DNA of 64,000 nt, taken from the NCBI RefSeq assembly GCF_006345805.1, contig NC_042999.1:110298001-110362000 (forward strand), read 5' to 3'. The notes beneath the pieces were generated by a model. The model was not told the origin of the DNA. It ran no database searches and saw only the letters and a list, made by a program, of their open reading frames with translations. Source of the stretch: Octopus sinensis. Its lineage: Eukaryota. A program made the translations under genes and the position numbers. Positions 38,379 through 53,564 of this stretch are shown here, one piece after another; within the stretch, counting starts at the first letter, position 1, and the number at the start of each line of letters is the position of its first letter.

Positions 38379-39151
38379 ATCACGTGACCGACCAGACCAT
38401 CAGATGTTGCTACACATTGCTGGTCACAATGCATTTGCATTGTTTTAGCCTTTGAATCATGCCACCCCGCTGTCTAAGTGAGCAGGCCAATATATATATA
38501 TATATTTGGTGAGGAACCTGCATTAGTGATATATATATATATATATCTGTAATGCAGGTTTTATGTTTTTTATGTCTGTTTATTTTTTAGTGTCCTCCGA
38601 AAAGTGACACCCTGTATATACAAGGCAGGCCAAAAGTCACGCATAAAATCACTGCAATGCACTCTGGGATTATCAAAGACGTGCTTTAATTTTTCTAAAA
38701 CTGAATAAGTAAAATAATGATGAATACACACATCCTTGTATGTTATGAACAACATGATTAATGATAAAAATAATGGTTTAAATTTTTAGTACAAAGCCAA
38801 CAATTTTGGGGGAGGGGTAAGTCGATTACATTGACCCCAGGGCATAACTGGTACTTATTTCATTGACCCCCAAAAGGATGAAAAGTAAAGTTGATGAGTG
38901 AAATGCTGCTAAGCATTTTGTGTGTGGGTGTGGGCGTGGGTGGGTGTAAACTAAAGGGTCTGCTAGCTTATTGCCTTAACACAAGAATAAGAATAATGAT
39001 TTCAAATTTTGACACAAGGCCAAGACTTTCAGGGGAGGTGGTAGCTGATTTCATTGATCCTGGTGCTCAACTGTTGCTTATTTTATTGACACCCCACCCA
39101 AAAGGATTAAAGGTAAAGTTAACCCTGGCAGAATTTGAGCTCAGACTGTAT

Positions 39152-39561
39152 AGGTGTAGAAGTGTCAGTGTGGTAAGTTGCTTGCTTACAAACTGCATGG
39201 TTCCGGGTTCAGTCCCACTGCGTGGCACCTTGGGCAAGTGTCTTCTACTATAGCCTCGGGCCGACCAAAGCCTTGTGAGTGGATTTGGTAGGCAGAAACT
39301 GAAAGAAGTCTGTCATAAATATGTATGTATATATGTATGTGTGTGTATATGTTTGTGTATCTGTGTTTGTCCCCCCAACATCGCTTGACAACCGATGCTG
39401 GTGTGTTTACATCCCCGTAACTTAGCGGTTCAGCAAAAGAGACTGATAGAATAAGTATTAGGCTTACAAAGAATAAGCCCTGGGGTCGATTTGCTCGACC
39501 AAAGGCAGTGCTCCAGCATGGCCACAGTCACATGACTGAAACAAATAAAAGAGTAAAAGAG
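39152..39561 (+). mobile_element. Full-length family A SINE
   Basis: Near-consensus copy. Confidence 0.88.
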
Positions 39562-40857
39562 AATGGATAAAATGCCTCAGAGCAATTTTTTTCCTGTTTG
39601 CTGATGATTCTGTCAGTTTGGCACTATAATAATAGTTGTTTCATTTTGTTTAATACTTCAATAGTACATTATTTACATTAGATGGATATTTGTCCTCATC
39701 TTGTTTGTTGTTACCACAACGCTTCATCTGATTTACTCTCCAGCCTTCATCAAGTGGTAGAATTTTGAGCCCAATCCTGGGTTCTCATTTCTAGAACATT
39801 ACTTTAAACCCTTTTGTTACTGTATTTATTTTGAGATGCTCAAAGAATTTAGTAAAATAACTGAGTTATCATTAAGCTAGTGTTAGGAATATAAATTGCA
39901 ACTAAGGTTTGGTGGAAGATTTTAATTCAGAACTTATGAAAACAAGTCATTTGTACTACAGAGCCAGAGCCGGTTTCAGCCGGGTTGGTTAATAGTAGTG
40001 TACTAGTGATAGAAATAGTAATAATTATAATTGCTTTGGGTTTAAGCCCAAAGCAGACAATTTTGAGGAGTGAATTATTTGACCCCATCAACATCAGTAC
40101 TTGACTAGTACTCTGCTTCATTAAACCCCAAAAAAGAATGAAAGGTAAACTTGACTTTGACAGTATTTGAACTCAGAGTGCAAAGAGTCAGGATAAGTGT
40201 CACATGGTATTTCTCCAATCTGCTAATTATTCCACTAATCATCATCCTTATAATAATCCTTCTACTATAGGCACAAAGCCTGAAATTTTGTGGGTAGGGG
40301 CTAGTTCATTACATTAATCCCAGTGCTCAACTGGTACTTATTTTATTGAGCCTCAAAGAATGAAAGGCAGAGTCAACCTCAATGGAATTTGAACTCAGAA
40401 TGGTAAGACAGCTGAAATGCTGTTAAGCATTATGCTCAGTATGCTAATGATTCTTTTCTACTCTAGGCACAAGGCCTGAAATTTGGGGCGGAGTGGGGCT
40501 GATCGATTAGATCAACTCCAGTATACAACTGGCACTTAATTTATCGACCCTGAAAGGATGGAAGGCAAAGTCGATATCAACTCAGAATGTAAAGACAGAC
40601 AAAATACTTTTAAGCTCACTGCCCTCATCACCCTTATAATAACAACTACAATAATAATGATTTCAAATTTTGGCACAGTGCTGGCAATTTCAGAGAAGGG
40701 AGTAAGTTGTTTGAATTAACAGCCCCACCAGTGCTCAACTGATACTTATTTCATTGACCCCCTAAGAGGATAAAATGCAGGGTCCAGCTTGGTGGAAACT
40801 GAACTGAGAATGCAAAAACGGCTGAAATGCAGTAAAGCATTTTTGTCTGGCACACAA

Positions 40858-41145
40858 GACCCCCCTTGACTGGCATCCGTGCCAGTGGCACGTAATAAGC
40901 ACCAACCGGTAGTGGATGTTGCTAGCCCCCTCTGGCCCCTGTGCTGGTGGCACGTAAAAAGCACCCAGTACACTCACGGAGTGGTTGGCATTAGGAAGGG
41001 CATTCAGCTGTAGAAACACTGCCAGATCAGACTGGAACTTGGAGCAGCCTCCTGGCTTCCCAGGCCCCAGTTGAACCGTCCAACCCATGCTAGCATGGAA
41101 AACGGGTGTTAAACGATGATGATGATGCTGATGATGATGATGCCA
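40858..41145 (+). mobile_element. SINE-like retroposon, family C
   Basis: Family C body with (GAT)n tail. Confidence 0.8.
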
Positions 41146-41514
41146 GCTCATCACCTTTACAACAGGATTTGTGGTAGTGGTAATAATGAGAATGTGAATG
41201 TAGAATGATGCTGGTAACTGGATGAAGAGCCAGTGGGTAATGATGGCAACAGAGGAATAGTTTCTCTTTATTTAACAAGCATCCATGCATCAGTTAGCTG
41301 GTAGAAAAATCAAAAGTGGACTAACTGGAAGCAATTAAGTTGGGCGCTTATGTGTAATGAAACACACAGTAACGAAACAGCATTGACTGAAGCAGTTAAT
41401 TATTATTATTGTCGTTATTATTATCATATATGCATAGACTTATTAGTGCTGTTATTCTTATTTATTATCCTTATCATTAGCTTAATTGTTATTGACAATA
41501 TTACTATTGTTTTA

Positions 41515-41747
41515 AAGGTGGCAAGCTGGTGGAAACATTAGCATGCTGGGCGAAATCCTTAGCGGTATTTCGTCTGCCGTTACGTTGTGAGTTCAAACTC
41601 CGCCGAGGTCGACTTTGCCTTTCATCCTTTTGGGGTCGATAAATTAAGTACCAGTTATGCACTGGGGTCGATGTAATCGACTTAATCCCTTTGTCTGACC
41701 TTGTTTGTTCACTCTATGTTTAGGCCCTTGTGGGTAGTAAAGAAATA
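41515..41747 (+). mobile_element. Full-length family B SINE within a dense cluster of B fragments (~37.7-43.2 kb)
   Basis: AAGGTGGCAAGCTGG...GAGTTCAAACTCCGCCGAGGTCGACTTTGCCTTTCATCC...GTAAAGAAATA. Confidence 0.85.
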
Positions 41748-42177
41748 GGTATTTCATCTCTCTTTATGTTCAAATTCTGCTGAGGTCAACTTTTCCTTTC
41801 ATCCTTTTGGGGTCGATAAATTAAGTACCAGTTACGTACTGGGGTTGATCTAATCAACTGGCCCCTCTCCCAAAATTTCAGGCCTTGTGCCTAGAGTAGA
41901 AAAGAATATTATTGTTGTTTATCTTGCTGTTGATATTATACTTATTTGTATTAATATAGAATCTTCTTCCTCCTCCTATTCCGTCTCTAAGGTCGACTTT
42001 GCCTTTCCTCCTTTGCGGGGTGGGGCGATAAAATAAGTACCAGTTGAACACTGGGACTGATGTATTCAAATTGCTCCCTCCTCCTAATATTGCAAAACTT
42101 GTGCCAAAATCTGAAACTACTACTACTATTATCATTATTATTACTATTATTATTACTATTATTATTATTATTATTAT

Positions 42178-42962
42178 TCAGTAGTTTTATTTTTATAGCG
42201 TGCTTTCACTTCACTACCGAGCGCAGCTCTGTGTGCCTTGGGTATGTGCTGTGATTTGTTGTGATGCTCTGATGGTTATTGCATGGAAAGTGTTCTGCGT
42301 AGGATGTGTGCAGTGCCTAGTAGTGCAATTTTCTGTATGTTATATGTGTTTGTAAGTCCTGGTGTTTTTGTTATGTATTTGTCTGAATATTTTTTTATCA
42401 TGCCTAATGCACCTACTATGATAGAAATTGTTTCTGTTTTCAGATTCCACATTCTAGTTACCTCTATTTCCAGGTCTTTGTATTTTGAGAGTTTCTCCAT
42501 TTCTTTTAGAGACACGTTGTCATCAGCCGGTATTGATACATCAATTAGAAAGCATTTTTTTTCTTCATGGTCTCTGACAACTATATCTGGTCTGTTGGCC
42601 TTAATTTCTCTATCTGTGTGTATCGGCATATCCCAGAGTATGGTTGCTTTCTCGTTTTCTGTGACCTTTTCTGGTGTGTGCCTATACCATCTTTTTTCTG
42701 TTGTTATTCCATAATGTTGGCATAGCTTCCAATGTATGTAGGTTCCAACTCTGTCATGTCTGTGAATATATTCCTTCTTAGCCAGGACTGGGCAGCTAGA
42801 GATAATATGGTTTATTGTTTCTTGTCCATCTCCACATATTCCGCAGTTACTTGTAATATTTCTTTTCATTACATGTTTTTGGTAATTTCTGGTGGGGAGG
42901 CTTTGGTCTTGTGCTGGAATTAAAAATCCCTCTGTTTCTGCTTTGAGTCCTGAGCTTCTCTT
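42178..42962 (-). mobile_element. 5'-truncated R4/Dong-type non-LTR retrotransposon with uninterrupted CCHC zinc knuckle and restriction-like endonuclease frame (42962-42276)
   Basis: GLKAETEGFLIPAQDQSLPTRNY; CGICGDGQETINHIISSC; RHDRVG..IHW.LC; RPDIVV..D..KKCFLIDVSIP; K.SKYKDL; IIVGALG; ALLGTAHILRR; (TAA)n on both flanks. Confidence 0.93.
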
Positions 42963-42987
42963 ATTATTATTGAGTCCTGAGCTTCTC

Positions 42988-43028
<41 letters not shown>

Positions 43029-43256
43029 ATTATTATTTTATTTTTTTATTGCCCACAAGGAGCTTAACAGAGAGAGGACAAACAAAGGGATAAGTCGATT
43101 GCATTGACCCCAGTACGTAACTGGTACTTATTTTATCGATCCCGAAAGGATGAAAGGTAAAGTTGACCTCTACGAAATTTGAACTCAGAATGTAACAATA
43201 GACAAAATATCGCTAAGCATTTCACCCAGCATGCTATAGTTTCTTTATTATTATTA

Positions 43257-43289
<33 letters not shown>

Positions 43290-43453
43290 GTTGTAGTAGT
43301 AGCAGTAGTAGTAGTAGTTGTTATTGTCATTATTGTCCCAAATCTTCTGGGCCCATGTCACAAGTAAGAGAAATTATAATAAATGATCACATTGATAACC
43401 AGTATTTATATTATTCTGCTTATTAAAATTGCTATATTTATTACTATTATTAC

Positions 43454-43511
<58 letters not shown>

Positions 43512-43773
43512 GTTGTTGTTGTTATTGCTGCTGCTGCTCCTGTTCTTTTTTGTTTTAAACTGTGAACTGCTATGTAAAGGAAGTACCAGCCCGTGTCACA
43601 TCTACAGTTGCAAAGTAGCTCACTCGTGTGTAATTTACAAAAGCAACAAACCTTTCACACCTACACCAACACCACTTCTAACAAATGCATTGATAAAAGA
43701 ACAACCAAAAACAACAATATTAAGAAAACCAAAGAGGGAAAAACAAAACAATACACACACACACACATATATG

Positions 43774-43832
<59 letters not shown>

Positions 43833-44118
43833 GTGTGTGTGTGTGTGTCTATATGCATGTATATGTATATAATATATATATGTTTATATATATATGTATA
43901 TGATATAAATATATTTGTACATATGTATGTGTATATATATATATACACACACATATACATATGTGTATATGTGTACATAAATATATATATCTATATATAT
44001 ATGTATATAAATATACATATACATATATTTATATATATATACATATGTATAACATATATATATATATATGCATTTATATATATATATATATATACATTCG
44101 TATATATACACACATATG

Positions 44119-44165
<47 letters not shown>

Positions 44166-44380
44166 ATATGTATATGTATATGTGTATGTGTGTGCGCATA
44201 TACATGAATTTGTGTACATATGTGTATGTATATCTATCTATATATACATTCATAAATCCATACATTATATATATATATGCATATATCTATATATACACAC
44301 ACACATATATATATAGATACATATATACATATATAGATAAACAGATACTCACACACATATGCATATATATATAAATACAT

Positions 44381-44432
<52 letters not shown>

Positions 44433-45348
44433 CATATACATACATACCATACACACACACATTTGTATAAATATATACACTCACAAACACATATGAACAG
44501 TAGTTCGCATAAAGCAAGAAATAGAGAACACAATCATAGTAACAGAAAAAAAAACAACAACACCGAGAACAATCACAAAAACAAACAACAACAAGGACAT
44601 CAACAATAACAACAGCAACAACAAGTCCCATCTAATAGAACTAACAAGCTTCATCTAATGGAAATCACAGCTGGGTGCACTTCAATGCTATCTTAATTCT
44701 TCATTTCACCCCCACCGTCATATCTAACCTGCACCCCTACCAGGTCTGCCACCACCACCACCACCACCACTACTATAGCACTTACTTCCTAATCTTCCTC
44801 CCCCCTTTCATAGGCTGAACCTCTGCTCCCATCCACGTTTCCTCACTTACAATCATCATCATTGTCATAATCATCATAATCATCACCATCGTTGTGCTGG
44901 CTCTCACACACGTTTAACTCAACAACAAACACACTAACAACAAACATCTAAGGGAGGAATACCGCCGCACCAATCATCATTGTGTCATCATTTACACTCG
45001 TTTCAAGAGAACTAGGGACAAGCTGATCATCAATTTCATCAACACCATCATCATCATCGACATATCTAAGACAAAAACAAAGTCATCTTCAGAGCATATA
45101 AACAACTAATAAAAAAGATCCTCCTCACCACCACCACCACCACACCACCACCACCACCAACATCACCACCGCCACTGCCACCATAGCCACCACCACCACC
45201 ACCACCACCACCACCACCACCACCACACCACCACCACCACCACCACCACCACCACCACCACCACCACCACCACCACCACCACCACCACCACTACTACTAC
45301 TACTACGATACTACTATGATGCTACTACTACTGCTACTGCTGCTGCTG

Positions 45349-45391
<43 letters not shown>

Positions 45392-45454
45392 CACCACCAC
45401 CACCACCACCACCACCACCACTACTACTACCACCACCACCATCCTGTGCTATCC

Positions 45455-46480
45455 TGTACATTGTTTTGTCTTGGTATAAAAGATGGGCTACAACAAATAT
45501 TCTATTCAATACTACAGTTCTCCTTGTCAGTTGCTTGATCTTAACCAGTTGAGCATGTTCCTTAGGGGCTGACGATATGTGTTTCTCTGATCATGAGCAG
45601 AAGTTGTAGGGGAGCATCATAGGCATGTCTTGAGAAGAATTCTTTGGAGTTTGGATAATTCCCCTCTGGAAACATGGGGGTTTCATTCAATGTCCTTAAA
45701 CAATCCTTATTCAGGGACCTTTAAAGTAGGATGGGCTACTCAATATGAAGAAAATTCTAACCGGGATCCCACTTGGAAGGGCATTCATTGTTTATCTTGA
45801 TATGAGATCACCTTGTCATGCACATTTGGTTGTGATGCAGGTGCTTTGTGCATCCTTATCAGATGGGTAGTCATGATGGGTGTACTGGGCTTCGTATATC
45901 TTATCTCAGTGTCACTTTGATAGCATGCATTGCTATAATATACAAGTCTCTCATGGCTTCTGATCTTAACTGATTGGAAGTGTTATAATGTACATTGTTT
46001 TTGTCTTGGTGTAAAAGATGGGCTACTGCAAATATTCTGCTCAATACCACAGATTTGCTTGTCAGTTGTTTGACCATAACCAGTTGAACATGTCCCTTAG
46101 TGGCTGACGATATGTGCATCTCTGATCATGAGCAGAAGTAGTGGGGGAGCATCATAGCCATACTTTGAGAGGGATTCTTTGGGGTTTGGATAATTCACCT
46201 CTGGAAACATGGGGGTTTTGTTCAACATCCTTAAACAACCCTTATTCTGTGACCTTTTGAGCAGGATGGGTGACTTGACCAGAAAAAAATTCTAACTGGG
46301 CCCCCACCTGCAAGGTCATGTGCTGTTTATCTTAATATGAGATCACCATGTCGCACACATATGGTTGTGATGCATGTGCCTAGTGTACCCTTATCAGATG
46401 GGTAGTCATGATGGGTATACTGGGCTTCATATATTTTACCCCCGTGTCACTTTGATGGCCTGCACTGCTCTCTCACTCAG
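45455..46480. repeat. Two tandem copies of the unclassified ~550-bp repeat
   Basis: 45455-45933 and 45947-46480 align with 34500-35050. Confidence 0.8.
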
Positions 46481-46652
46481 TAATATACAATAGTGTGTGA
46501 GCAAAATCCACATGGGTATTAAGTGGATGCATCCTTTCTGAGCATGAGCAAAAGGTTGTGTCATTTGACTACAGTGATGCATTGAGTAAAGATGTGAAGA
46601 GTGTGCTGTGTGATTTTTCTTTTTGAGGCAAGATGAGGGATCAGAGTTCTCC

Positions 46653-46990
46653 TTCAAGCAGGGACAACGTTTCACATTGAAAAACAGCTTCACATATGCT
46701 TCAGAGAACCTGATATATGCACTAACCTGCTCTGGGTGTCAAGAGTAATACATAGGCCAAACAAAAAACAGTCTATGTCAAAGGATGGCTCTGCACAGAT
46801 CCCAGATCAAAATAAAAAAAAAACAGAAAAATGGCATTCAGCCAACACATAGACATTTGTGCTAATAACAAAAATCAAAGCTTCAGAATTTTCCCCCTCT
46901 ATCAATTCAGGGACGATACAACCTGTAGCCAACGAATCAGTAAGGAGTCTCTCTCTCTGTATCACAAAATACAGATCCCTTTTGTATGCT
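46653..46990 (+). pseudogene. Penelope-like element GIY-YIG endonuclease remnant
   Basis: NSFTYASENLIYALTCSGCQE*YIGQTKNSLCQRMALHRSQIK, frameshift, then FSQHIDICANNKNQSFRIFPLYQF...RISKE. Confidence 0.88.
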
Positions 46991-47750
46991 TCTTCAACAA
47001 ATGACATATCCACCACGTCCTTAGAATAACACATGCCAATATTAAAAATGATACATTCAAAAGAGATACCCAAGAATTCATTAAAAACAGTCCCAATCAC
47101 TACTATAATCCACAACGATCCACTTTTAGGTCACTTGACGATTTAACATCCTACTACTATCATACCATCACGCCTTCTTTTATTATTCTTTCTCTTCTTC
47201 TCCTCTTTCTTTTTTTCATCTTCTTCTTCCTCTCCACTACTTCCTTCCTTACGTTACTACTACCGCTGTTTAGAATAACACCTACGCAAATATTATAAAC
47301 AATACATTCAAAAGAGATATCTCAAGAATTCAATCACTACTACCATCTACAGCAAGTCACTTTCAGGGCGCTTGACCATTTAACATCCTACTACTATCAC
47401 AGCACTCCTGCATTCTTTTATTTTTCTTCTTCTTCTTCTTCTTCTTCTTCTTCTTCTTCTTCTTCTTCTTCTTCTTCTCTCCCTTCCTCCTCCTCCTCAT
47501 TATCCCTTATCTTCTTCCTTCTCCCTCATCCTTCTCTCTTCTACTTCCACTTCTTCTTCTTCTTCTTCTCCTTCTTCGTCTTCTACCCCTAATTCTCAAA
47601 TTCTCTTCTTCTTCTCTTCTTAAGAATTCACAATGACCTCACTGAGAACTACATCAAGGATACATGTGTCTGTGCAGCACCCAGCCACTTGCACAAGCAG
47701 GTTATTCCATTGACCAAACCAACTGACAGAGTGCTAGTTATATACACATT

Positions 47751-47790
<40 letters not shown>

Positions 47791-48079
47791 GCATATCACT
47801 AAACTAACATTTTAACTATTAGAAATGAGATAAATATCAATATGTATACCTGAATAAATGCATAGTTAGGAAGTTGATAAATATATTCAAAGTAGTATTT
47901 CTACAAAATACATCAATAGATTAAGTAATGGCTGCATGAAATCTCTGCTGATACATGTTTCTAGATACAGGTAATATTTCCTATTTGTTGAAGATCCATT
48001 TGTACTCACTACAATACACATTGACATGAACACTGATGAAAAACCATTTATGTATTGATATACTAACATACATGCATAC

Positions 48080-48125
<46 letters not shown>

Positions 48126-48196
48126 TGTTTGTGTTTGTGCATCTGCATACATATATATAATTATATATGTATGTGTGTGTATATATATATATATAT

Positions 48197-48228
<32 letters not shown>

Positions 48229-48472
48229 TATATATTTATACACACACATATGTATACATGTGCACTTGTACAAATTTATGTATACATATGCACATGAGTA
48301 CATAAGTATATATTGAAGCATTGCACACCTAATAAGATTAATATATTTCACATGCTTCAAAAATATTGATATTCATTATATCTATCACTTTATCAAACTA
48401 TCAATTTATTTATCTCTCTATCTATCTGTCTGTCTGTCTACCTATCTACAAGAGCATGTATGTGTGTGTGCA

Positions 48473-48539
<67 letters not shown>

Positions 48540-49799
48540 ATAAATAAATAAATTTAGAACTGCATACAAATGGTCGTTAATGCCTGTCTGCCTGCCTGCC
48601 TGTCTGCCTGTCTGCCTGCCTGTCTGCCTGTCTGCCTGCCTGTCTGCCTGTCTGCCTTCATGTTTGCCTGCCTATGTCCTTGTTTGTTTATCTGTCTATT
48701 ACTCAGTCTGTCCAACTGTCACTTTTGATCCATTCATCCATCCATCCATAGCTAAGTATCTACAAATATAACACTGGACTGGTCAAAATCTTGTGGGTAG
48801 ATTATATATGCAACACACACACATAGTATAATTCAAGTAAAATCCTTGTAATGTACATTTAAAAGTTCCTATACTGTTATTTGGTTATCACTTGTTATTC
48901 TATAGTAGCGTATATTTCAGAGCTGGGATACACATGTGGAACTTCTCTTCACATAAGATTCATATAAAAATAATATAATACAGGGAAGGAAGATACCAGG
49001 CTTTAATAGTAGATCACAAATGTGTGGTGCAGAAACAAATGTTGCGAACTAATATTAAAGCTTGGTATTTTACATCCTCATGTTTTATTATTCTTATAGA
49101 TAGATATATTTATTAATTCAAAGTGTTCAGTATTATATCTCCATTACGGCAGATCTTACTAATCAGTTTCGCATTAAGGGTTCAATGGAGTGTTTTGTAA
49201 AAGTCTGATTATGCAACCCTGTCCTCTTCAGAGGTAGCCAGTATAAAATGAAATATTGCGAAGCTGATTGGCCATAATGGGTATATAATACTGTACACTT
49301 TGGATTAATATACCCACTCCACTGACAGCTATGCAAGTATATGTGTGTGTGCGTGTGTTTGTGCTTCCTTATCTTGGAAATGCATGATAATTGTAAACAA
49401 GTGCCGCTTTCGCCAAATGGTATAATTTCTTTCCATCGTCTATCAAAATATGTCTAGCTGAGAGAAACTATAACATTAATTTGGAAACAGGTGAAGGTCA
49501 GTAATAGGAAGGACATCTGCCTATGGAAAGTTAACCTCAATGAATTCTATCTGACCTATGGAAGTATAGAAAAGTGGACTTTAAAATAATGAGGACAATA
49601 AAGCTGATTATGATGTTATATATATAATATATATATATATATACATATATCTATATGTAAAAAAATACAAACTGGGATAGGAATGCAAAACATTTAGAAG
49701 ACGATACAAAAAACACGGACGGGACATTCGAAGCCTTCAATCTTCAGTCAAGAACCGGATCATCTTTGCAATTTCGGCTGATTAATATATATATGTATG

Positions 49800-49832
<33 letters not shown>

Positions 49833-50772
49833 GTATGAACGTATGTATGTATGTATGTATGTATGTATGTATGTATGTATGTATGTATGCATGCACATAT
49901 GCATGTATATTTGTATATATGTATATATGTATAGGCAAGTATGTATGTGTGTTGGTGTATATGTATGTGTGTACATGTGTATATATATATTTAGAGACTT
50001 GTATGTATGTATGTATTTCTCTTATTTATTCTTTTGTGAAGAACAGCATATGCTCAAAGCGTAAAATATTTCTAATTTTCCTTAGCATAAACTACATATA
50101 ATATATTGTTTTTTTACCTCATCTTCATGTTGTTTTTTTAATTTTTTTGCACCCTCATATGTCTGTATCTATGTTAAATATTGTAGGATATGTATTAAAT
50201 ATATTATATATATATATATATATTATATATATATATATATATAATATATGTTATGCATGTAATGTAACAAATTGAAAGATCTTATTTCTTAAAGGGAGGG
50301 AATATATATTCTTTATTACAAAATGTATAAAATATATAAGACATTAATATATGATATAAAAATATAGTGGAACCAAAAAAGGTTTCATCTTTTATAAATC
50401 TTTAACAGGAAATAAACTGGTAATCAATGTTAGATGGCAAATTTATTCAACGTATAAAATTCAAAATCTTTGCTGTTAAAGATTCGAGAAAGATGGAATA
50501 ATATTTGGTATTAGATATTCATATCTATGTTGTTTGTAGCGATTATGTATTTATGTATATGTGTGTGCATGTCTTTGTGTGTGTGTGTGTATGTGCATAT
50601 ATGTGTGTGTGCGCGCATGTATGCAAGTGTGTTTGAATGTATGTAAATGTATGATTCTGTGTACATATGTGTGTACATACATACACACACGTATGTGTGT
50701 GCATATGTATATGTATATGTGTGTCTGTGTGCATATATATATGCATGTGTGCATAAGTAAATATTACATAGG

Positions 50773-50835
<63 letters not shown>

Positions 50836-50851
50836 ATATATATATATATAT

Positions 50852-50902
<51 letters not shown>

Positions 50903-50914
50903 AGATAGATAGAT

Positions 50915-50952
<38 letters not shown>

Positions 50953-52639
50953 CAGAGAGATGCATGATGTTGATTTATTATATAAATGAATATATAAAAT
51001 GCGTGTACATGCATTTGTAAGTATGTGTGTGTGTGAAATATATAGTGAGTAAGAGAGAGAGAGAGACAGAGAGGTATACGATGTTCATATATAATATAAG
51101 TGAATACATAAGTGTGTGTAGGTGTATATGCAGGTATGTATGTTATATATGCGTACATATAAATACACACACACACACACACACATGTACACACAGAGAA
51201 ACACACACATATATAAATGTCATTCTGATAAATATTTGATTTTTATTTTGTGTTTTGTATTTTTTTTCTTCTTTTTTGTCTTCCTGGTAGGACTTATATA
51301 TTAGTGAATCAGGAATGTATTGTAATTCAAGGAAACAGCCGATTGAGAACTGTGTCTTAAGTGGAACGAGTCATGGCTTTAAAACATTACTTTTAACTTC
51401 ACACTGAGAAACGTGTTTTTCAGACGAAATCCATGTTGAATTTCAAAGCCTGAATCTTTCTCAATCTTTGTATATTTGCTAAAATGCAGACAGATGTAAC
51501 CTGAAGGTTAGCGTTTGTAGAAAATATATATTTTGCTGTGAATAGATTTTGAAAAATATTTTTTAATTTCTTTTTTTTTGTATATATCATTCTTTATCTC
51601 TCATCTGCATTTTTTTCTTATAATTCTTTAATCTTTTATATATATATTTAATATTACTATTATTTTTTTCTCCTCCCAAATTGTTTATTTTCTCAGAATT
51701 TCATATATTATTAGTTCTTATATCCACAGACACATACTTTCACATGCATCTATCACTAGAGTATATAGATATATATACATATATATATACATACATACTT
51801 ACATACATAGATATATATTTATGTCATATATATATATGTATATATGTAAATGTACATATATATATATATATATATTTATAATACACACACACACATAAAT
51901 ATACAGACGCATAAAAGTTTATATATATATTTGTATATCTACCTATACATATTTATGTATTTATGTGTTCACACACACAAACACGCAAACATACATAAAT
52001 ATATACTTAAATTTATATATCTATGACTCTCTCTCAATGTCTCTCTCTCTCTCTCTCTAACTGTCCATCCATCTATCTTTCTATCTATCTATCTATCTAT
52101 CTATCTATTTATCCGTGTATCTTTCCATTAATCTATGCATGTATATATGCATATATATATATATACACATATATGTATATATACATATATATATGTATAT
52201 GTATATACATATATATATACAGACACACACATATATATATATATATATATACATATATACATATGTATATACAGACACCTGCACACACGCATATATATCC
52301 CTTCTTTATGTTCTTTGTATTCTTTCATTTCGATATTTAATTCATTCGATTAATGGTGGATTCCAAGTCTGTGTTATGCTGTGAAGATATATCTAAAAAT
52401 GTTCAGACATTATAGCACAATTGACGAAAGACTGCAAAAATTTGAATTGCAATGGTGGGGGTGCTGTAATGTGAGATAAAAGTGTATGTTGCTGAAACCT
52501 TGGGAAACCCTTAACAATATATTTAGGATGTACACAACAATCTTATTTGTCTAATATAAATTTTATTTCCACCTTTGCAACAGAGCTGGCTATTAGCTAA
52601 AATATCCATCATGAAGATCACTCTGCAACCTTCCTTTAA

Positions 52640-52870
52640 CCCCTTGTGGGCAGATTTAGTACTGACAGTCTGTGCTGTGTACCGATATTAGGCCTTTCAG
52701 TAACTACATAATTATTCATACAAGGAATTTTACAGTATATTTACAGTGTATTTACAGATTCTTCTCAACGTGTTATATTTGAAAACACAGTGCTGCACAA
52801 AGCAAGACATTCCACTGCTCACACACACAGTGTTTTGATGCAGTCAGTACCACTTCCTGTCTGCAAGGAG
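52640..52870. mobile_element. piggyBac-like MITE
   Basis: TTAA on both sides; imperfect TIR CCCCTTGTGGGCAGA..GTACTGAC / GTCAGTAC..TCTGCAAGGAG. Confidence 0.65.
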
Positions 52871-53165
52871 TTAACTCAGTGTTTCTTTACCGGGGTTTCC
52901 TGGAACCTTAGAGTTACACATCAGGTTCCTAGGAGTTCCGCAAGAAAGAGTGAGATAAGCTAATGATAATTTTGTGATCATAATATTACCATACATGCAA
53001 AAGATATTATTGCTTATTGTAATATAGACATCATCCTATCTAACCTATTATCCTACTAGGTTACTAGGTTGTCAAAAAATATATAACAACCATATATATA
53101 TATATATAATATATATATATATGATATTTACCATGTGAACTACGATGAAAAAATATGAGAAAGAT

Positions 53166-53564
53166 ATCTTTATATATAAAAGAGAAGTTGTGTGTCTGTC
53201 TCCTACGATTTAGATTCCAAACTACTCCCACATTTTGGGGTGCAGTTTAACCAAAACCGGGTATCTTATAGTCGTGATTCATATCGAGCCCTCTGGGTAT
53301 TAGTGCGCGTCTACGATGAGTCTACGATTTAAAAAACGATTTACCATCATTTTTTTCCATTTTAATGCATTTTTTCGCTATTATATAAGGGAAGTAACTC
53401 TCTAAAAATGTCTACGATGAGTCAACGATTTAAAAAAAAATTTACCATCATTTTGTTTCTATTTTTAATGCATTTTTTTGCTATTTTTTAGCTATAACTC
53501 TCTAAAAATGCTTATATAGTTATTTCCCTTACAAACCCGAGCAACGCCGGGCGATACTGCTAGT
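53166..53564 (-). mobile_element. Helitron2/Helentron-like non-autonomous element, second copy, with internal ~97-bp subrepeat
   Basis: Both ends match 24328-24846. Confidence 0.7.

Noticed and set aside
49140-49245. Minus-strand CTGAAGA...GCGAAACTGATTAGTA hammerhead-like match
   Set aside because: Stem I and the base of stem II pair poorly; such matches are expected by chance
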